Source: Candidatus Onthoplasma sp.
GTDB taxonomy: Bacteria; Bacillota; Clostridia; Christensenellales; UBA1242
Direction: 5' to 3'
DNA length: 60,201 nt
Assembly (NCBI GenBank): GCA_045637825.1
Contig: JAZUAD010000024.1
Coordinates: 1 to 60,201 of the forward strand
Shown here piece by piece: positions 56,141 through 60,201 of the stretch. Every line of letters starts with the position of its first letter. Within the stretch, counting starts at the first letter, position 1. The notes beneath the pieces are model-generated. The model saw nothing but the letters and a program-made list of their open reading frames with translations, did no database searches and was not told the origin of the DNA. The position numbers and the translations under genes were made by a program.

Positions 56141-56247
56141 GCGAAAACCTTTAACCAATTTTAATGTATTTTGGTTAAAGGTTTTTTATTGCTTGATTTT
56201 ATTTTATAAAGTTGGTATAATAATTTTATAAATTAAAAGGAAAGTTT

Positions 56248-56838
56248 ATGTTAGCATTTATTAATGGTATTTTACGTGAAAAATATGAGGGTATTGCGGT
56301 TATTGAATGTGGCGGATTAGGTTATGAAGTAATCCTTACTAATTCGGCATTTTGCAATCTTCCAAGCGAGGACGAGCAAGTAAAGTTGCCAACCTATTTG
56401 TTAGTGCGTGAAGATGAATGGTTGATTTTTGGATTTAGTTCGGTTGAGGAAAAAAGTTTGTTCCTACAACTTATAACCGTTAGCGGTGTGGGAGCTAAGA
56501 CAGCTATTCAAATACTTTCAGGTGTTAAACAAAGTGATTTGGTTAACTCGATTGTTAGTGGGGATAGTCATATAATTGCTACAGTTAAAGGTATTGGCAA
56601 AAAGACTGCTGAACGTATTGTGCTAGAGTTAAAGGATAAACTTAATCCTTATGAATACGTATTGCCATTATTTGATAAGTGTGAGGAAAGTGACCCTACC
56701 GCTATTGAAGATGCGGTACTGGTGCTTACAAGTTTGGGTATTAACAAGCATCAAGCAACACAATTAGCGCGCAAGGTGGCAGAACCAACCGATAATGCCG
56801 AACAAATTGTGGCAAAAGCACTTAGAAATATGGGCTAG
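56248..56838 (+). CDS. ruvA: Holliday junction branch migration protein RuvA
   Basis: GGLGYEV, VRED...FGF, VSGVGAKTA and GIGKKTAERIVLELKDK motifs. Confidence 0.97.
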   Translation: MLAFINGILREKYEGIAVIECGGLGYEVILTNSAFCNLPSEDEQVKLPTYLLVREDEWLIFGFSSVEEKSLFLQLITVSGVGAKTAIQILSGVKQSDLVNSIVSGDSHIIATVKGIGKKTAERIVLELKDKLNPYEYVLPLFDKCEESDPTAIEDAVLVLTSLGINKHQATQLARKVAEPTDNAEQIVAKALRNMG

Positions 56839-57016
56839 GGGTTGTGAACCACCTGCAAGTAAGTTAATATGCCTAATTATATTGCTAGGTGTATTGATTT
56901 ATTTGGTATAGCGTTATGTCGCAACAGAAATGTATAGTTGGAAAAATTATTATAGTTAAAGAGTTAAATTGGTGAGTTCACTTATTTAGAGTGCTAACAC
57001 CACAGGAGAAATAGAT

Positions 57017-58054
57017 ATGGAACAACAAGATAATAGATTTATATCAAGCACTAAAAACTTAAGTGATTGCGAAGTGGAAAATAAACTTCGTCCTGTTAGT
57101 TTTGATGAATATGTTGGCCAAGAAAAAATCAAGGGGAATCTTAGGGTTTTTATTGATGCGGCTAAAAAGCGTAAAGAGGCATTGGACCACGTGCTACTTT
57201 ATGGACCGCCAGGACTAGGTAAAACTACGCTTAGTCATATTATTGCTAGCGAAATGGGCAGTCAAATAAAGGTAACTAGTGGACCTGCTATTGAACACGC
57301 CGCTGACCTGGCAGCAGTATTAACTAATCTTAACAAAAATGATGTGTTGTTTATTGATGAAATTCATCGACTTAATCGTAGTGTGGAGGAAATTTTGTAT
57401 CCTGCTATGGAAGACTTTGCACTTGACTTTATTGTAGGTAAGGGACCTTCTGCACGTAGTATGCGACTTAAAATTCAACCATTTACGCTTATAGGTGCTA
57501 CTACTAAGGCGGGAAATCTTTCTAGTCCGCTTAGGGATAGATTTGGCGTGCTTGCACGACTTGAAATGTACACCATTGATGAAATTAAAACAATTATCAA
57601 GCGTAGCAGTAAAATTTTAAATATCGAAATTACCGATGAGGCGTCTACAGAACTTGCTAGACGTAGTCGTGGCACTCCTCGTATTGCTAACCGCATACTT
57701 CGTCGTGTTCGTGACTTTATTCAAGTTGATGGTAAAAACGTGTTGGAAGTAAGCGATGCTAAACGTGCCTTGGACTTAATGGACATTGACAATCTAGGTC
57801 TAGATTATACTGATAAAAAAGTATTGGAAAGTATGATTGAGAAGTTTGGTGGAGGTCCTGTGGGGCTGGATACTTTGGCTGCCTCAACAGGTGAGGAAAG
57901 CACTACCATTGAAGATGTGATTGAACCATATTTACTTCAACTGGGATTTATTGCTCGTACACCTCGTGGTCGTGTGGTGTTAAAGGGCGCTTATGAGCAT
58001 TTTAATTTGCCAGTGCCTAAACATCTTCAAGAAACAACTAGTGAAGAGGAATAA
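57017..58054 (+). CDS. ruvB: Holliday junction branch migration helicase RuvB
   Basis: [35 protein letters not shown] and RTPRGR motifs. Confidence 0.98.
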   Translation: MEQQDNRFISSTKNLSDCEVENKLRPVSFDEYVGQEKIKGNLRVFIDAAKKRKEALDHVLLYGPPGLGKTTLSHIIASEMGSQIKVTSGPAIEHAADLAAVLTNLNKNDVLFIDEIHRLNRSVEEILYPAMEDFALDFIVGKGPSARSMRLKIQPFTLIGATTKAGNLSSPLRDRFGVLARLEMYTIDEIKTIIKRSSKILNIEITDEASTELARRSRGTPRIANRILRRVRDFIQVDGKNVLEVSDAKRALDLMDIDNLGLDYTDKKVLESMIEKFGGGPVGLDTLAASTGEESTTIEDVIEPYLLQLGFIARTPRGRVVLKGAYEHFNLPVPKHLQETTSEEE

Positions 58055-58221
58055 TATAAAAATTAATAAATACAGGTTTAATTTTAATTGCCTGTATTTT
58101 TTATATAGTATAAAAATATAATTATTGTTTAAAAATTTTAGTAAAAAGCATTGACAACCTAAAAAGTATGTGTTATAATGCAAGTGTTAAGTAAAAACAC
58201 TTTACACGCAAGGGGGCATAA

Positions 58222-58542
58222 ATGGATATTGCTAAAAAAGTTGAACTAATCGCTTTATATGAAATATATGGCAATAGTTTAACCTCAAATCAACAGCAAG
58301 TTATTGATTTTTGTGTAATGCAGGACCTAAGTTTGCGTGAAGTTAGTGATTTACTTAATATTTCTCGCCAAGCAGTTAAATATACGCTTGACAATGCTAT
58401 ACTTAGTATGCTAAAGTTAGAAAAAGAGTTAAATGTTTTAAACAAAATTCAAAATTTGAAACATAAACTTATTGAGTTACAAAACGACACTAAAGATAGT
58501 TATATTAGGCAACAAATTAACAAGATTTTGGAGGAATTATAA
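58222..58542 (+). CDS. ylxM: YlxM-like DNA-binding protein (UPF0122)
   Basis: LY.IYG..LT..Q......QDLSLREV....ISRQAV; directly upstream of ffh. Confidence 0.88.
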   Translation: MDIAKKVELIALYEIYGNSLTSNQQQVIDFCVMQDLSLREVSDLLNISRQAVKYTLDNAILSMLKLEKELNVLNKIQNLKHKLIELQNDTKDSYIRQQINKILEEL

Positions 58543-59882
58543 TGGCATTATTTCAAGGATTAGGCGAGAGATTAAATCATATATTTAGCAAACTTACCAA
58601 ACGTGGAAAATTAACCGAATTGGAAATTAAAGAGGCAATGCGTGAGGTTCGTGTAGCATTGCTTGAAGCTGATGTTAACTTTATGGTTGTAAAAAAGTTT
58701 ATTGCCTCAGTTAGCGAAAAAGCGGTTGGGGAGGAAATTCTTAAAAGTTTAACCCCTGCGCAACAAGTTATTAAAATTGTTAGGGACGAACTTACTACAC
58801 TTATGGGTGGTGAAAATGTTAAACTAGAAGTAGCAAGCAAACCTCCTACAGTTATAATGATGTGTGGTCTTCAAGGTAGTGGTAAAACAACGCTTAGTGG
58901 CAAGTTGGCTTTGTCCTTAAAAAAACAAGGTAAAAAGCCATTGTTAGTGGCTTGTGACGTGTATCGTCCTGCAGCAATTGAGCAATTAAAAGTGCTAGGT
59001 AAGTCAATAAATATTGATGTGTTTGAACGTGGTACGGATAACCCTGTTAAAACCAGTCGTGAAGCAATTAAGTATGCTGAAAAGTATATGCTAGACACAG
59101 TGATTATTGATACCGCTGGTCGACTTCAAATTGATGAAAAATTGATGCAAGAACTAAAGGAAATAAAAAAGGAAATTAATCCTACTGAAATTTTGCTAGT
59201 TATTGACTCAATGATTGGTCAAGAGGCAGTTAATGTATCAACAGCATTTAACGATGCGCTAGATGTTACAGGTGTGGCATTAACAAAACTAGATGGTGAT
59301 ACTCGTGGTGGTGTGGCATTAAGTGTACGCTCAGTTATAGGTAAACCTATTAAGTTCTGTAGCGTGGGCGAAAAGTTGACAGACCTTGAACCTTTTTATC
59401 CCGACCGTATGGCTTCTCGTATTTTAGGTATGGGTGACATATTAACCCTTATTGACAAAGCTCAAGAGGCAGTAGATGAAAAGCAAGTTAAGGAAATGGA
59501 ACGTAAATTCCGTGAAAATTCATTTACATTTAATGACTACATTGCACAAATGGATAATCTTAACAAAATGGGTGGGCTAAAGAGCGTGCTTGGTATGATT
59601 CCTGGTATTGGTGGAAAAATTCGTCAGTTGGAAGAATCTATTGATGAAAAACAATTACTTAAAAATAAGGCAATTATTCAATCAATGACTGAAAAGGAAC
59701 GAGAAAATCCAGACATAATAAATGGCTCAAGGCGTAATCGTATTGCAAAAGGTGCTGGTGTTCAAGTAAGTGATGTAAATCAATTAATTAAGCAGTTTAA
59801 TCAATCTAAGGAAATGATGAAACAACTTAAAAATAATAAGCGTGGCGGAATGGCCAACTTAATGCGAATGATGAAGGGTTAG
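58542..59882 (+). CDS. ffh: signal recognition particle protein Ffh
   Basis: ALLEADV, GLQGSGKTT, DVYRPAA, DTAGR, TKLDGDTRGG, RILGMGD motifs and Met-rich M domain. Confidence 0.98.
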   Translation: MALFQGLGERLNHIFSKLTKRGKLTELEIKEAMREVRVALLEADVNFMVVKKFIASVSEKAVGEEILKSLTPAQQVIKIVRDELTTLMGGENVKLEVASKPPTVIMMCGLQGSGKTTLSGKLALSLKKQGKKPLLVACDVYRPAAIEQLKVLGKSINIDVFERGTDNPVKTSREAIKYAEKYMLDTVIIDTAGRLQIDEKLMQELKEIKKEINPTEILLVIDSMIGQEAVNVSTAFNDALDVTGVALTKLDGDTRGGVALSVRSVIGKPIKFCSVGEKLTDLEPFYPDRMASRILGMGDILTLIDKAQEAVDEKQVKEMERKFRENSFTFNDYIAQMDNLNKMGGLKSVLGMIPGIGGKIRQLEESIDEKQLLKNKAIIQSMTEKERENPDIINGSRRNRIAKGAGVQVSDVNQLIKQFNQSKEMMKQLKNNKRGGMANLMRMMKG

Positions 59883-60030
59883 ACACCTTGTATCAAGGAT
59901 ATTTGTATCGTGCAAAACAAATGATATTCGCAAGCGAATGATATGTGATAAAACATATTGAATAAATTATTATATTTGATATAATCTACGAAAGTAGTTA
60001 TATATACAAAATTTATAGGAGGAAAAATTT

Positions 60031-60201
60031 ATGGCAGTAAGAATTAGATTAACTAGACTTGGCGACAAGAAATCACCTTTCTATCGTGTGGTTGTTGCTG
60101 ATTCTAGAACAGCTCGTGATGGTAAAGTTATCGACCAAATCGGAACATACGACCCACTAAAGAACCCTGCTGAAATCAATATTAATGTAGAACTTGCTAA
60201 A
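60031..60201 (+). CDS. rpsP: 30S ribosomal protein S16 (partial, runs off the window end)
   Basis: Hand translation [42 protein letters not shown]; SD AGGAGG. Confidence 0.96.
   Translation, partial: MAVRIRLTRLGDKKSPFYRVVVADSRTARDGKVIDQIGTYDPLKNPAEININVELAK

Noticed and set aside
56971-56997. CIRCE element upstream of ruvB (GAGTGCTAA)
   Set aside because: Only the right half-site is present; the position of the left arm reads GGTGAGTTC rather than TTAGCACTC.
56839-57016. Long ruvA-ruvB spacer with a hairpin and a 22-codon ORF (MPNYIARC...)
   Set aside because: No SD for the ORF, the hairpin is weak, and no RNA family is recognisable.
1234-59098. Many short antisense or alternate-frame ORFs in the track (e.g. 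1234..1545, 9190..9492, 17622..17915, 30504..30827, 33449..33760, 54561..54878)
   Set aside because: They overlap well-supported genes or the T-box, lack SD sequences and motifs, and are expected shadows of codon bias.
1-60201. tRNA, rRNA, tmRNA or SRP RNA genes
   Set aside because: No GC-rich intergenic segment with cloverleaf or rRNA signatures was seen; the intergenic regions are short and AT-rich.

Overview
A 60 kb AT-rich chromosomal segment from a low-GC Firmicute, probably a spore-forming, genome-reduced Clostridia-type organism. Almost all genes are on the + strand. The backbone is housekeeping: thrS with a Thr T-box, infC-rpmI-rplT with an L20 leader, rplU-prp-rpmA, dnaG-sigA, scpAB, ftsY, engB, floA-yqfC-yqfD-ybeY-era-recO, yebC-ruvC-ruvA-ruvB and ylxM-ffh-rpsP, plus several sporulation genes. 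Two accessory layers are scattered through it. (1) Four dispersed paralogous membrane-anchored BspA/LRR_5 surface proteins share a promoter design and, in two cases, both flanking terminators; their segments pair differently between copies, which suggests module shuffling. (2) About a dozen small ORFan genes sit singly inside conserved operons; most have their own sigma-A promoter, many end in a hydrophobic-x-[R/K] C-terminal tail, and two look like distant paralogues. Other notable items: a sigma-factor-like protein with only regions 1.2 and 2 between dnaG and sigA; an XRE gene with three 17-bp operators spaced exactly 30 bp apart; an unannotated Cys-rich 40-aa ORF with a sigma-K-type promoter; and two unrelated genes between the Thr T-box and thrS. 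No rRNA, tRNA, CRISPR array, transposase, integrase or reverse transcriptase was seen. All calls are by-eye pattern recognition; no database searches were run.
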